A stretch of DNA of 58,034 nt from Catajapyx aquilonaris (taxonomy: Eukaryota): positions 1 to 58,034 of the forward strand of contig JYFJ02002385.1 in the NCBI GenBank assembly GCA_000934665.2, given 5' to 3'. A program made the position numbers and the translations under genes. The notes under the pieces were generated by a model. That model was not told the DNA's origin. It saw nothing but the letters and a program-made list of their open reading frames with translations, and ran no database searches. Positions 24,464 through 37,104 of this stretch are shown here, one piece after another. Each line of letters begins with the position of its first letter. The stretch's first letter is position 1.

Positions 24464-24970
24464 ATTTCATTGTAATATTGTCATCGTAATACAGTTCAAA
24501 AGTTACTGTGTTTACAATTCACTTGGTGTAATATCCCCTTTATACCTATCCGTGCGTGCGGTGTCTCCAAAGCTCATATTTCATGATAATATATTCCGCT
24601 CAGGTGTGGGATTAATCATGGCGGTCTCACAGGTATTCATTAATTGAAGTTACAGTACGGCTAGTGAGAATGAATGGCTGGTAACAATTTGTCAATGATT
24701 ATAATATTTCTCGTTAATTAATTCAACATGAATCTACTGCAGTCTCCGCATGTGAAATATTTACACCTATACGACATTCTGGGTCCTTATTTATTATTAC
24801 TATCCACTGTCAAAAAAACATCGCAGCTGAGTTGAAATTAGCTCACATATCAATATAAAAATTATTTACGCGGGAATTAAGTTTAGAAGATTTATGTGTG
24901 AATTGAACATGAACCGACCCAATTCCTTTTCTACTGGTCTTTATTGACCCAAGCTTCCCATCTTATGCAC

Positions 24971-25051
24971 GTTGATGTTCCTAGCGTTGAGGTTCCAAAT
25001 GGTGACGTTCCAAGCGCTGATGTTCCAAGCGTGTCAAAACCTCTTGGATAA
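24971..25051 (+). pseudogene. Orphan 3' fragment of array gene 6 (VDVPSVEVPNGDVPSADVPSVSKPLG*)
   Basis: Near-identical to the end of gene 6 including the stop and downstream sequence; no upstream exons. Confidence 0.88.
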
Positions 25052-26223
25052 ATTATTCTTTCAACCAAAATCCATTCAGCAAATAATCTCCTTATGTTTG
25101 TGCTCGTAACTACATTATGATATTAATCAATTAGCCGGCATTTTCCTTGTAAAATTCGCTACTTATTTCAATGAGTAGCACGCGTAGACATTTTCATTCG
25201 AAGTACCGGCTGTCACATACACGAATACAGAATAAAAGTATGAAACTAACAAGCATTTATTTACTGAGCATACAGACAAGCTGCATAAGTACTGTATAGT
25301 AGCCAATGCTTATACGGCAATACTTTTCTCTGTAATGACTGAAAACCCGCATAAAAATAGAACAAAGATTTTTGCATCAATATTTAATTGAAATTAACTC
25401 TATTATTATATTTCCACCTAGAATCTATGAATATGAACAATAACGGTTATGAAATGATACGCAGTGTAATCATATGTGATAACAGCGGATTCAGATAATA
25501 ACGGACATTTTGATAAACCTTTACCATTAGTGAAAGTCATATGCTATAACTTATGCTATAAACTCTAGCTGGAATTTTTGAGCACAAATTTCAGTTTATT
25601 TCCCATTCTTGTGGGAAAGGAATGAAGAGACAACCTTTCCATAATATACCTCCTAGAATTCATATTGAACTAAATTCAGATGTAAGGCTCATCACCTAGG
25701 CTACTCTATCTCATAGACACTTCTTCCATTCTGTTTCGATATTATAGCTGCACCTTATCTATATTGCGGATTCAATATCAGGTAATGACACTGAGATTTG
25801 AAGAAGGTTATATTCATATTTAATTTCTGAAAACGTATATTGGAATACATACACACATGCTTTACCGACACATCCCTGTCTTACTTGCCTGTATAAATCC
25901 AGATTCAACCTTTTCCCTCACAATCCATATATTGTATTGAAATTAGCCCTTAAGGTTATCCTTTCAATAATAAGAAATCTCCATAGGAGAAATCAACACG
26001 AAGCTCATATCATCACATGATGGTACAGGAAAACCTACAGCCCACAACTTCTGAAGTGGTTGTTCCCCACTTGAAAGTAGTCTACATGGATTCCCAACAG
26101 TCGCTATCTTTTTAAAAAAATACCCTGGCGTCATCTCTCCCCTAGATTTGTCAAGATTGGCTGTTTTCAGGTCATATATAACGCCCGCTAAACTGATCGC
26201 ACTGCACATCCACACATAGCACC

Positions 26224-27566
26224 ATGAAAATCCTATACTCATACTAGCCATTGTGGCTGCAGTTGCGGTCGCATCACCCTCACCTCTTCATCCTCTCTCT
26301 GACGAATTCATAGAACATATCAATTCTGTCCAATCATCATGGAAGGTAAGTAGGCCCACACTGTGTATCAACATTTCAAGAGGAATTGTTCTTTTTGAAA
26401 TGTTGATACACGATAAAATAATACAACTGAATTCTATAGGCCGGACGCAACTTCCCAAAAAGCACATCCATATCATACCTGAGACACCTGATGGGAGTGC
26501 CACTTAAGGTAATGAGGCAGAAGAACGAGCACCGTCAAAAGCAGGTATTCTCACAAAGAATAGCTCTTCCAGACTCATTCGACGCCAGACAACAATGGTC
26601 CAATTGTGAGAGCATCGGAGAAATTGGAGACCAAGCTTCATGCGGATCCTGCTGGGTAAGTGCACTCATTTCAATTTGTTTTAATGAGCTATTAACCATG
26701 CTGCATTATCTAGGCGTTTGGAGCCGTGGAGTCAATGACGGACAGAATTTGCATCCATTCTGGCGGAAAAGTAAATTTCCGAGTTTCTGCTCAAGATGTG
26801 CTGACTTGCTGCCAGGAATGTGGGGATGGTTGCAACGGAGGAGTTCCAGGAATTGCATGGGACTACTGGCTCGGTATGGGCATTGTCAGCGGTGGTCCTT
26901 ATGGCTCCAAGCAGGTCTGTTGTTGCTTAAATTTAATGTAGTTAGCAAGGTGACATGTTTTGTGATTAAAGGGATGCCGTCCTTACACCATTGCCCCATG
27001 TGAACATCACGTTCCTGGTCCTCGTCCAAATTGTACCGAGGAACCTACACCTACCTGTGACATGAATTGTATCCCCGAATATACTGGTGCTTCATACAAC
27101 GACGATTTGCACTACGGTGAGCTTGTATGGGCCGATCATTTGTAATGCCATTTTAACGCTGTTGTTTGGTCTGACAGGTGCTAGCTCTTATACTGTAAGT
27201 TCAGATCCAGCAGACATCCAACAAGAAATATACACCAATGGACCCGTGGAAGCCGCATTCTACGTGTATGCTGATTTCCCTCAGTACAAATCAGGTGCGT
27301 CTGACCTTATATGTCGGATGGTATTGCCTTACTGTACACATTTTGTCTCTCACTTTGCAGGCGTGTACCAACATACAGATGGAGCGCTTCTGGGTGGTCA
27401 TGCAGTGAAGATCTTTGGTTGGGGAATTGAAGATAACAAGCCCTATTGGTTGGTAGCCAACTCCTGGAACACTGACTGGGGAGATAAGGGATTCTTCAAG
27501 ATCCTCCGTGGCAATGATGAATGTGGAATCGAAGATGGCATTGTTGCAGGAATGCCCAAGCTATAA
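26224..27566 (+). pseudogene. CTSB: Cathepsin B copy 2, frameshifted in the signal peptide
   Basis: ATG AAA ATC CTA TAC TCA TAC TAG: a 2-nt TA insertion relative to copy 1 gives a stop at 26245-26247. Exons 26224-26345, 26440-26655, 26714-26914, 26972-27116, 27178-27294, 27361-27566 are otherwise open. IRDQ is changed to IGDQ. An assembly error is not excluded. Confidence 0.8.
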
Positions 27567-28372
27567 ATTTCATTGTAATACAGTTCACAAGTTAAACAAA
27601 CTTGCAATCTACGTACTTGTAATATCCCCTTTATACCCATCCGTGCGGTGTCTCCAAAACTCATATTTCATGCTAATATATTCCGCTCAGGTGTGGGATT
27701 AATCATGGCGGTCTCACAGGTATTCACTAATTGAAGTTACAGTACGGCTAGTGAGAATGAATGGCTGGTAACAATTTGTCAATGAAATAATAATTCTCGC
27801 TAATTAATTCAACATGAATCTACTGCAGTCTCAGCATGTGAAATATTTACACCTACGACATTCTGGGGTCCTTATTTATTATTACTATCCACTGTCAAAA
27901 AAACTTCGCAGCTGAGTTAAAATTAGCCCACATATTAATATAAAAATTATTTAGGCGGGAATTAAGTGTAGAATATTTATGTGTGAATTGAACGTGAACC
28001 GACCCAGTTCCTTTTCTACTGGTCTTTATTGACCCAAGCTTCCCATCTCAGCGTGGAGCATTCTATGAATTATCTTGCAGATGTGACACAGCGTGAATCC
28101 GATCGATTTTGACAATATCAAGGGCGTATACATAACCATCTTCCACTGTTGCCTTTTCATTACAATTATTGAAAGTTCATTACTCAATTGCTGCCTGTTG
28201 ATCAAATGGAGATGGCAAATGGGGTTAGTAACACACTGATGAGTTATTGGAAATTATGTACATTTTCTGATGATTTTATTGGGGAGAATAATACTGGGTG
28301 CTATGTGTTTGGGTGCCATCACAACGAACGAAACATAACTGTCTTCTATGCTGCCAGTTATGACGTTGTTGT

Positions 28373-30935
28373 CTATAGGACATACCTACGATACACAGGT
28401 ACTTCCGGCTCCACTTCCTGATTATCACGTAGAAGTTGCGCCAGAGAGTACAGGCTCGTCGGTTCAGTACGAACCTACTTACATATAAGTAAACCATATT
28501 ACTAGGCAGCATGTTCACAGTGCTGGATAGACTTACCTGGCGCTTTTTGGTCACCATGAACCTTTTGGTCGGGGGAATCCCCCAGTGACCATTGTTGTCT
28601 CTATTGCGCCACGAGGCTCTCTTCTGAGGTGAAAAAATAACAGGACGAAGGTCAACATTGGGCATGATTGGATGCAGCGGACCATAAGGAGAGCGACGGA
28701 GCATTCCGAAGTGGCCATACGGAGCATCATCCCATTCCTCTGTAGGATCACAAATATATTACAATTACTAATCTATATAAATAAAGCCGTTTGTGAGTCT
28801 GTCTGTCTGTCCGCCTGCCAACCGTCATTTGCCTGCCATCTGTGCTCCACCCCCAGGCCGGGAGAGGATGGAGGTGTTGGGGGTTGACTACAGATGGCAG
28901 GCAAATGACGGTTGCCGTTATACAGGCGGGAGAGGTTGAAGGTGCCGCAGCATCGTACCGTCTCTAGCAGTTTCTTCAGAATTGGGCCATCCGTACACCT
29001 CATTGTCATCCGGATTTGGTTCTTCTTCATAGTTGTCGTAGTCATCACCATAGCGGAATATGTTGCGCCTGAATAGTATTTAATATAGCACATCCGACTT
29101 TAAGTGGTACAGTGTCTCACTTACTTGATTGGATATCGGTATTTGGGTCCAGCTGCATTCGCTTCCAGGAGAGACATCAGAGTCAAAAGGTCATCACGAT
29201 CCAAGTCCAGTTCTCTCTTGAAGCGTCCATTTTGCTGGGCTCTCAGAAGATCGGATAGTGCGGTCTGGTATCTGAAATCCGAACTGTTTACAGTGTTACA
29301 CCCTGTAGAGAAAAATGTATCCCGCTCATGCTTAATAATCAGGATGAGTTAAAATATTGTAGACCTTACCCTGTGCGTACTAGGGGTGCCCTCTTGACCT
29401 TTCCACCACTTCGCTTTGAACGGTCATATCGGTTAAAGTAAACTTCTTGCCATTGCTCTAAAACAAATGCGGCATAGATCATATCTAGCTGATACGACCT
29501 TACTGCGTCAACTTACCAGGAAAACTACTGTAAAATCCGGTTTTGGCAGCACTCACGGTCAAATCTCGAGGTATTGGTGGCCGGACTTTAGGTAGGGCTG
29601 CAGGTAGTACGAAACCATGGGAATTGAGCTGAACTCTGTTTTCTGAATGACTGGCTTCATCCACAGGAGACGACTCATTATTTCCACTTGAATTGCTCTC
29701 TAAAACAGTGCAAATAATTGCTCTCAATAAGCAGTAACATAACAGACGTAACAGTACAGTGTGCTAATCTACATACTGCATCAACTGGATATTTGCACAC
29801 GTAAAATTGCAATAGCCCGATCAGGTCAAAAACTAGCTCAACCTCGACATTTATCAACGTGCCCATTTAACCACGAGGCGTGACAAAGCGTGGCCATTCC
29901 GTTCACGCCAATATCAAATAACCAGCATATTTTGCAGATAACATCACAGGGCAATGAGGGCATTCCCTGCATTGCATGGATCCTAAAGGGAAGTTCTGAC
30001 TTATTTAAAGATCTGGGCAGGTGACGCTCATAATAGTCACAAATATGATTTTAATCAATATATTAATTTTAACAAATTTCAGTATACTTTTAAAATTTTC
30101 CTTGCTAGCTTTTTTGAACAAGGCTATATTACAGAATATATGTAATATCTTTCCACTTTCAGAATAATTAACCGCGTGCCTCGCAGAGCCGCCTCGCTTG
30201 CATGGAAGAGCCCAAATTATCGCTACGAACTCCTTTGCCCCCAAATGCGTGCCACTTAAAACCCTGTTCCGAGTTGCACTTTACATTACCTCGCTTGTCC
30301 AATTCAGGAAAGTATCCTGCAGCAAGAGCGTCTGCTATATTTCCTACCAGCTTATTCTGTTGGTTTCCAAACATCAGAACTTCTTCAGCTCTCTTTTCTG
30401 TTAGGGATACAAAATCATCAACATTACTATGTATTTATTTTTTTTAAACAAAATTTAACTCCTATCATGACTTTTGTCGGTCAATGTCTGCATATAGAGA
30501 CAGATCACGTGTTCTTCCGCAGGTGAGGATCAGATCAATATAATGCGCCGAGTTTTTTTTCTGATTTTTTGTGTTTCATTTAATGAATGTACATCCGGCT
30601 GAGAAGCCTTACATTATTGCGTTACAGTATTTCACTCAGGTAAAAATCTCACGCCTGATTTATTTTTTCCAGGAAATTTTCTGATGAAATAAAGGTTTCC
30701 AAGGGAATGAAACCTTATTAATCCAACTCTATAGCGATGAAAATTTCCACGAAGCTTTATATAATTAAAAAAAAAGCAGAGTGCTCGACATAGAAAAGTC
30801 AGATATTAAATTACTTGGTTCTGTTGGCGGCGGCTGTGGCGAAGTGGCTTCACTTTGATGCTGGGTGTTCGGCACGGTAGCTCCAGATGCCAATGCCAGA
30901 CTTGTGAGAATGACGACGAATGATGAGGGACCCAT
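28373..30935 (-). CDS. NVP: NVP-like neuropeptide precursor (prohormone-2 family)
   Basis: Minus-strand exons 30935-30815, 30397-30290, 29699-29517, 29457-29370, ~29283-29125, 29068-28959, 28739-28537, 28474-28373. Signal peptide MGPSSFVVILTSLALASG and many KR sites. Motifs I recognise from insect prohormone-2: KRAEEVLMFGNQQN, RFKRELDLDRDDLLTLMSL, KRFMVTKKR, C-terminal VPVYRRYVL*. The exon 5 acceptor is uncertain. Confidence 0.85.
28772..28950 (+). mobile_element. Helitron-like element in an NVP intron, same family as 4951
   Basis: A|TCTATATAAATAAAGCCGT, (CTGT)n, and a perfect 25-bp internal inverted repeat caaccgtcatttgcctgccatctgt / acagatggcaggcaaatgacggttg. Confidence 0.6.
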
Positions 30936-33663
30936 GATTACCTACTGGCAAAAGACCATGGACCTATATGTGCATAGCAAAAAATTATTTCAAGCTTAAC
31001 CCTTTTTAAATCAAAATTCCTATGTCTGCGAAGAATATTTTTTTTGTTAAATATTGAAAATATTTTCTGGAGAAGTGTCCTATATATATAGGACTCTATA
31101 GGCCGCTAAAATGGATTTCAGCTTCAAATATCACCTTTAATATTATTTCGCAGCATCTCACCCCACAGTTTGTTATGGCTTCAATTTATTTTTGGAACCT
31201 TTGGTTGTGTGTCTTTCGTATAGCCAAACAAAGGCGGAGTGGCCTCTATGTCGTAAGCTAAGGATAAAATAGGTTTACAATTTTGCTGCCGACTCCATGG
31301 CTCGAGATTACCCAACCCTTTATTGTGGGTACCCGTGTTTCTCATGAAATATTCATCATAATATCCCTCAGGAGCTATAATTCTTTTAACTTGCTCCGTG
31401 CGCGGGGTATAATAAGAACAGCGCAATGCGTTTTACTGATAACATTAACATGACTGGATGGGACGTATAGAGCACACAAGTTTTTCTGGTGAATAATATT
31501 GAAGTGTATGCATTCTTCAAAGTGTGGCAGTTCAGGTCAGGAAACTCATCTCGGCCACAATTTTCATGGAGCGAGACAGGATTATAAGCGGTAATGAGAC
31601 TTAAATTAGACACCGAAATGGCATGCTATACTTTCAACGAATGTAGAGAGGTTTTATCGTATTGATTCAAACTTTAGTTGACATTTTGGACATGCCACAA
31701 GCCACACTTAATCCGCAATAAAGGCTCTGGAATTAGTGTCACCCGAGCCAAAATCTACTACGTGTGTTTAAAATGTACATAAGCCAATGAAGATCTGAAA
31801 TGCAGAACTGTCATATTCACATATGATTTTGGATTTGACGCTTGAAGCAATATTAATTCATTCTACAAAACTGCAATTTCTCTATCTGTCTATCACATCA
31901 ATTTGACAATCAGAAAAGCAATTCCTGTAACTGAGTTTTGACCAAATTGTGACTGTGATTCCAATTCTGTCATTTACTATTCTAATTAACTTAATTTACA
32001 TTGTACCTATCTGAAATTTTCTACATCCACATTTACAGAATTGAGTGCACCCCTCTCAACTGTAAAATAATAACGTACGGTACAGATTACATAACATAAT
32101 TCTCCAATATAACCCATGCGTCTATAGTAAATATTTTGATTAATTTGCATTGATCATCCAATTTGCTAATGTAATGGACACACATATATCTACTGTATTA
32201 ATGGTATCCACGTGTGACAACCTAACTGGGGAAAAAAACGAACAACCCATGCAAAAAAGAGAATGATGTACGACCTGAGCAACGTCGTATAAGTACACCT
32301 TGGGAGGTGAGGTGCAAAACCCAGCAGACCCCTTTGATCCCCCTCTGGCTGCTGCTCCACACACCTGTTCCCCCAGCACACACCTTCGATTCCAAGCCCA
32401 CCTTACGTGGCGTCCAGGTCCATCACGCTTGCGCCTCTCACTAGCTCAAAACGACCCACCCCACTCCAAATCTACCATTCTCCTCATCCAACCACTGATA
32501 TTCCTTCCTTATCATTTTTTATATGTTTTCCATATTTGATATACTTCCAAGATGAAAGATGGTGTCAATGACAGGAGTTTTCTGAGATTTACCTGAAGAA
32601 TCTTGTAGATTTGATTTTCTTGAAAAAAAAAAAAAAATCCAGCATTCAGCTCCTCCAGTTTTCCTTCTGCACTACTTATCTGGGCTATTATTAGCATAAC
32701 TGCAGAGGCAGTTTCTAGGGGCCTGGATGCGCATGGAGACAGGAAATGGGGCGGATATGGCTGTGATTGATGGTCAAAATTGCGGTTTGTCCCACTATAT
32801 AGTCAGGTCATATTGAAATTCATGTTCAGAAATATGCTCCAGATTCATGGAAACAGCAATTATGTAAAATTGAACAGTTCTCAAGTCAGAACGTTACTTC
32901 CTTCTACAATCACATATGGCACTCCATTAATTAGGGGTGTGCACAGTTGATTACACATTCCACAGCCTTTCCAGCATGAGTCTCACCCACTTGTTGCTAC
33001 ACGACCATGTATGGGGCTCATAACTATAGAGTAAAGCCCTTGGCAACGTATAGTTCCATTATTTCCTGCCATCAAGTTCGATCAATATCTCGCAGCAGGG
33101 AAAAAGGAAAATTGGCATGTAATAATCCAGGCAAATTGAGGTTATTTTCAGCAATCGGATGGTTATTTCCAGGGGAGCCATTATTGCTCCTTTTTTATTG
33201 TGCCAGTACAGATGGAGCTATTTTTACAGCCTTTTATTTCTAGAGCTAATGGAATCGATGCTACTGCTGTTCTTTCATCTCGACAGGAAAAAAATGGCAT
33301 TTTCCTGATCGCGGTAGAAGAAAAATAGTTTCACTTTTCCCACACAAAAATCAAGCACATGATGGACAGAATTATATCCTATCAACTTTTGGACTCTCAC
33401 ATGTATCGTGAGAACGAAACCGAACTTTCCTAAGACCGTTGTGGCTAGCTGGCCAAATATGAGGGTTACTACTCAGTCCATGAATATCCATCGTGGCTAC
33501 TCTGCCCAGGGCCAGGAGAAAAGGCCTGGTGTTTAAAGAATGTCAGAAATGACTACCGCACCGCACCCTCCCTTGGGAACCTCCCGTCCTATCACAGGGT
33601 AAATAAATAAAAATAAAAATAAAAATCCATCATCAAGAGAGGATAACTATATGATACTTGTTC

Positions 33664-33665
<2 letters not shown>

Positions 33666-33710
<45 letters not shown>
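33666..33710 (+). repeat. (GACA)n microsatellite
   Basis: About 11 perfect units. Confidence 0.95.
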
Positions 33711-33712
<2 letters not shown>

Positions 33713-33896
33713 GCCTCATCTTACAACACCTTTTAATACACCTCCAGAAGAGATGTGAAACGGACTCCATTATATGTAAATTGACTCTACAGCTACAGGG
33801 GCCAATTACGCCCCGGGGCAAACAGGCCCACACGAGAAAGCACTGGACTCTATACCGACACAACCTGGAGAATGTTTGCAAACATTACCGGAAGTC

Positions 33897-34157
33897 ACCG
33901 AAACAGGTTGGTATGGTGGTTATAAGGAAGTCACTCTGACTGCTAATCGTCTTGGGTTCGAATCCCAGGGCCGTGGTTTTATGTGCTTTTCCACGTTCCC
34001 CCCAGGACAATTCCGGGATCGTTTCCGTATAATAGGCCACAGCCGCTTCCTTCCTTCCCTATCCTTGGCCCCATCCAATGGTGGTATTCTACCCCCCTAT
34101 AATGGAGCGCCGATTCTCCCAATGGGGTAAAATAAATAAATAAATAAATAAATAAAT
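33897..34157 (+). mobile_element. tRNA-derived SINE
   Basis: A-box-like tggtatggtgg (33909-33919), B-box gggttcgaatccc (33954-33966), non-tRNA body, (TAAA)n tail ending at 34157. Confidence 0.72.
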
Positions 34158-34610
34158 CGCAGATGATCTAGCGGCCCACACAATCAGGTCCAATTGCATA
34201 TTCGATAGCAATCTTGTCGACCAATCGCGATAAGTCAGCGCATGCGCCTTGGACAACGGAAAAAAGGGTTGTCGCCTTGATCGTGTAAACATCCATAGCA
34301 GGACACAACATCATCATCATCACGTGTTGACGCTTTGTGGTAATCACGCGACTGATAACGAGACAGAAACATCCCCCAACTGGCCAACTCGTGACAAGGC
34401 AGATTCCGGACCCAGTTGGTTCGAGTCGCCTTTGGTCCTGCTGTGGTGTACGTGCTTCCCGCAGAAAGTTTCTTCTTGACCCACTGCACTACATAGTGGA
34501 AGCCGCAGAGAAGGGGAAATTGGGAAGGTAAACCGCACTTCACATTGGGAAAGGAAAAGGGCAAGGGCATGGCCAAGTACTGACCATCATTGTGCTTGCA
34601 GGGTCCAGAC

Positions 34611-36681
34611 ATGAAGGGGCTTCTCATCCTGGCTGCGCTGGCCGTGGCTGTTGCCGCAGAGGTCCATCCCCTCTCGGACGACATGATCAACCTAGTCAAC
34701 TCCATGCACACTACTTGGAGGGTGAGTCGGATGTCGGACCAGGGATGCTGCCCGTGCTGAGCGAAGTCTTCAAGTTTTGAGTGGATGCATTACATGCCAT
34801 TGAAAAGCCTTCGCTAACAATTTGTGTCACGCACTGCCTCGGTGTTCCTATACGAATGGGAACTAATGCTTTATCATTGGGCATTGTAAACAGATAATGA
34901 TGGAAAGATGTGGTACCAATTTTACTTTATCTGGCATGTCCATATGTCACTTTAATCATCATTAATGTGCAAAGTCCAAAATCCTGTCCGTTCTCTCAAA
35001 AGCACGTTGTTGATAACATCCCAACATTAGTGCTGTCCAAGTATAGCAAGTGGAAATTCAGAAAGCAAATGTATGGCATTTAAGACCTGCTCAAGTTGCA
35101 ACACCACTTTCTTTACAGGCTGGACGCAACTTTCATCCTGAGACATCCATGGCGTACATTCGAGGACTGATGGGAGTGCACCCTGATTCTAGTCTGTACC
35201 GCCTTCCAGAGAAGAGGCACAGCCTGGAGAATGTGGTGCTTCCAGAGGAATTTGACTCGAGGCAGAACTGGCCCGAGTGTCCCACAATCAGGGAAGTCAG
35301 GGACCAGGGATCGTGCGGCTCCTGCTGGGTAATGCCTACAGAATTTGTCTGATGTTCTTAGGTAACGGTGTTGACAAGTGCTGCAAGTTTGAAGCAAAAA
35401 TGAAATAGATTGAAAGGGGAGACCTTGACCGCCAGACTTGAAGGGAATCCAGAACTATTTGATAGCATTTTTTTACTAGAAATGGTGACGTAATTAACAT
35501 CTCTCGGAAATCAAGAGAGTATGACAACATGGCTGTTGCGACTGACATATGATATGCCAAATTGGATGTGGTCGTGAAATGTGATAGGCATATCTTTATG
35601 TGGCTTAGAGTGATGTTAGCATTTGTAAAAATAATGGAAAATACTTTTTTACTTTGTAGTATGAGTGGATAATGGCATGGATTGTGGGTCATGTCCTAAT
35701 ATTGGCAAATTGCCATTTTGAAATGTTTTCTTCTCAGCCAACATCTTCTGACACTGTTCCCATATTTCAGGCTTTTGGAGCTGTGGAAGCGATGTCTGAC
35801 CGTGTTTGCATCCATTCAGGAGGCAAGGTGCAGTTCCACTTTTCTGCTGAAAATCTGGTGTCTTGCTGCCACTCCTGTGGGTTTGGCTGCAATGGAGGCT
35901 TTCCTGGTACTGCTTGGGAGTATTGGGTTCACAAGGGTATTGTCAGTGGTGGACAATACAGCTCACACCAGGGCTGCCAGCCATACGAGATCGCCCCTTG
36001 TGAACATCACTCCACAGGGCCTCGTCCCAACTGCACTGAGGGAGGGAAAACTCCAAGGTGTGAGACCCTCTGCGAGCAGTCGTATGACGTCCCTTACAAG
36101 AAGGACCTGCACTACGGTACGATCTAAGGCTGATCATGTAACATCGTTTCATAAAGGATATATCACGCTGCTTACAACTTACAATAGAGACGCAAGGACA
36201 GTATTCTTTGGTCTCAAGTTTTGTTGGCGAGTTGCATGCAAGTTGAAAGTTGCATCTCGAAGCATAGAAATAATACTACATTATGAGTTCGTTGATTCTC
36301 CTAGATTAAACAGCGTACTGTTCTTCCAGGTTTACACATTATTATGCGCTTATTACAGGTCGCAAGTCATACAGCATTGCCCGCGAAGTAAATCAGATCC
36401 AGAATGAGATATACCAGAATGGTCCTGTGGAAGGAGCATTTACAGTGTATGAAGATTTCCTTCTGTACAAGGAAGGTGTCTACCAGCATGTTTCTGGAAA
36501 AGTTTTGGGAGGCCATGCCATCAGGATCCTAGGCTGGGGAGTGGAGAATGGCACTCCCTACTGGCTGGTGGCCAATTCATGGAACACGGACTGGGGTGCA
36601 AATGGCTTCTTCAAGATTCTTCGTGGGAGTGACGAGTGCGGGATCGAAGACGAAATTGTGGCAGGCCTGCCAAAAGTATAG
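34611..36681 (+). CDS. CTSB: Cathepsin B copy 3, intact, canonical type
   Basis: Exons 34611-34721, 35119-35328, 35771-36116, 36359-36681. [42 protein letters not shown]. Probable 5' UTR intron 34528-34601. Confidence 0.96.
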
Positions 36682-37048
36682 GATGACCTAGGATTATGAT
36701 TTTAGGGAGGGGACTAGGGAGATGGTTTCGTGTTCCTTGCAGTTTTCAGTGTGAGATTGTATTTTGTACCTATTTGGCTACATACATACGGACTGTTTCA
36801 TAATGATCCCCACAGACTTCTAGGGTGAATGCGTGCGGTTCAGAGGATCCCCTCATGTAGTAGTATAATTTTGTCTCTACAACCTCATTACCAAGATGAT
36901 TTCATTGAACAAAAAGTGGATTAGTCCATCTTTTGCATTGTGGGACAATATTGAGCCATTGCTTAATTAGATCATTACTTAAATTTAAATGGCATTGTAA
37001 TGCCTAAAATAAGTGAAAAAGGTACAGGTGGAGGGACACATACCTGCC

Positions 37049-37103
<55 letters not shown>
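37049..37103 (+). repeat. (AAT)n microsatellite
   Basis: About 18 perfect units. Confidence 0.95.

Positions 37104-37104
<1 letters not shown>

Larger units (their letters stand above)
21210..28048 (+). repeat. Tandem segmental duplication: copy A ~21210-24963, copy B 24971-28048
   Basis: Both copies start in gene 6 repeat/stop/3' sequence (gcgctgatgttccaagcgtgtcaaaacctcttggataa), contain the cathepsin B gene with its upstream region, and end at gacccaagcttcccatct. Confidence 0.92.

Noticed and set aside
28276..28704. 142-aa minus-strand ORF as a stand-alone gene
   Set aside because: It is NVP exon 7 read through its donor into intron; the real C-terminus is in another frame.
33905..33970. 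tRNA gene
   Set aside because: A and B boxes are present, but I see no cloverleaf, and it runs into a SINE body with a (TAAA)n tail.
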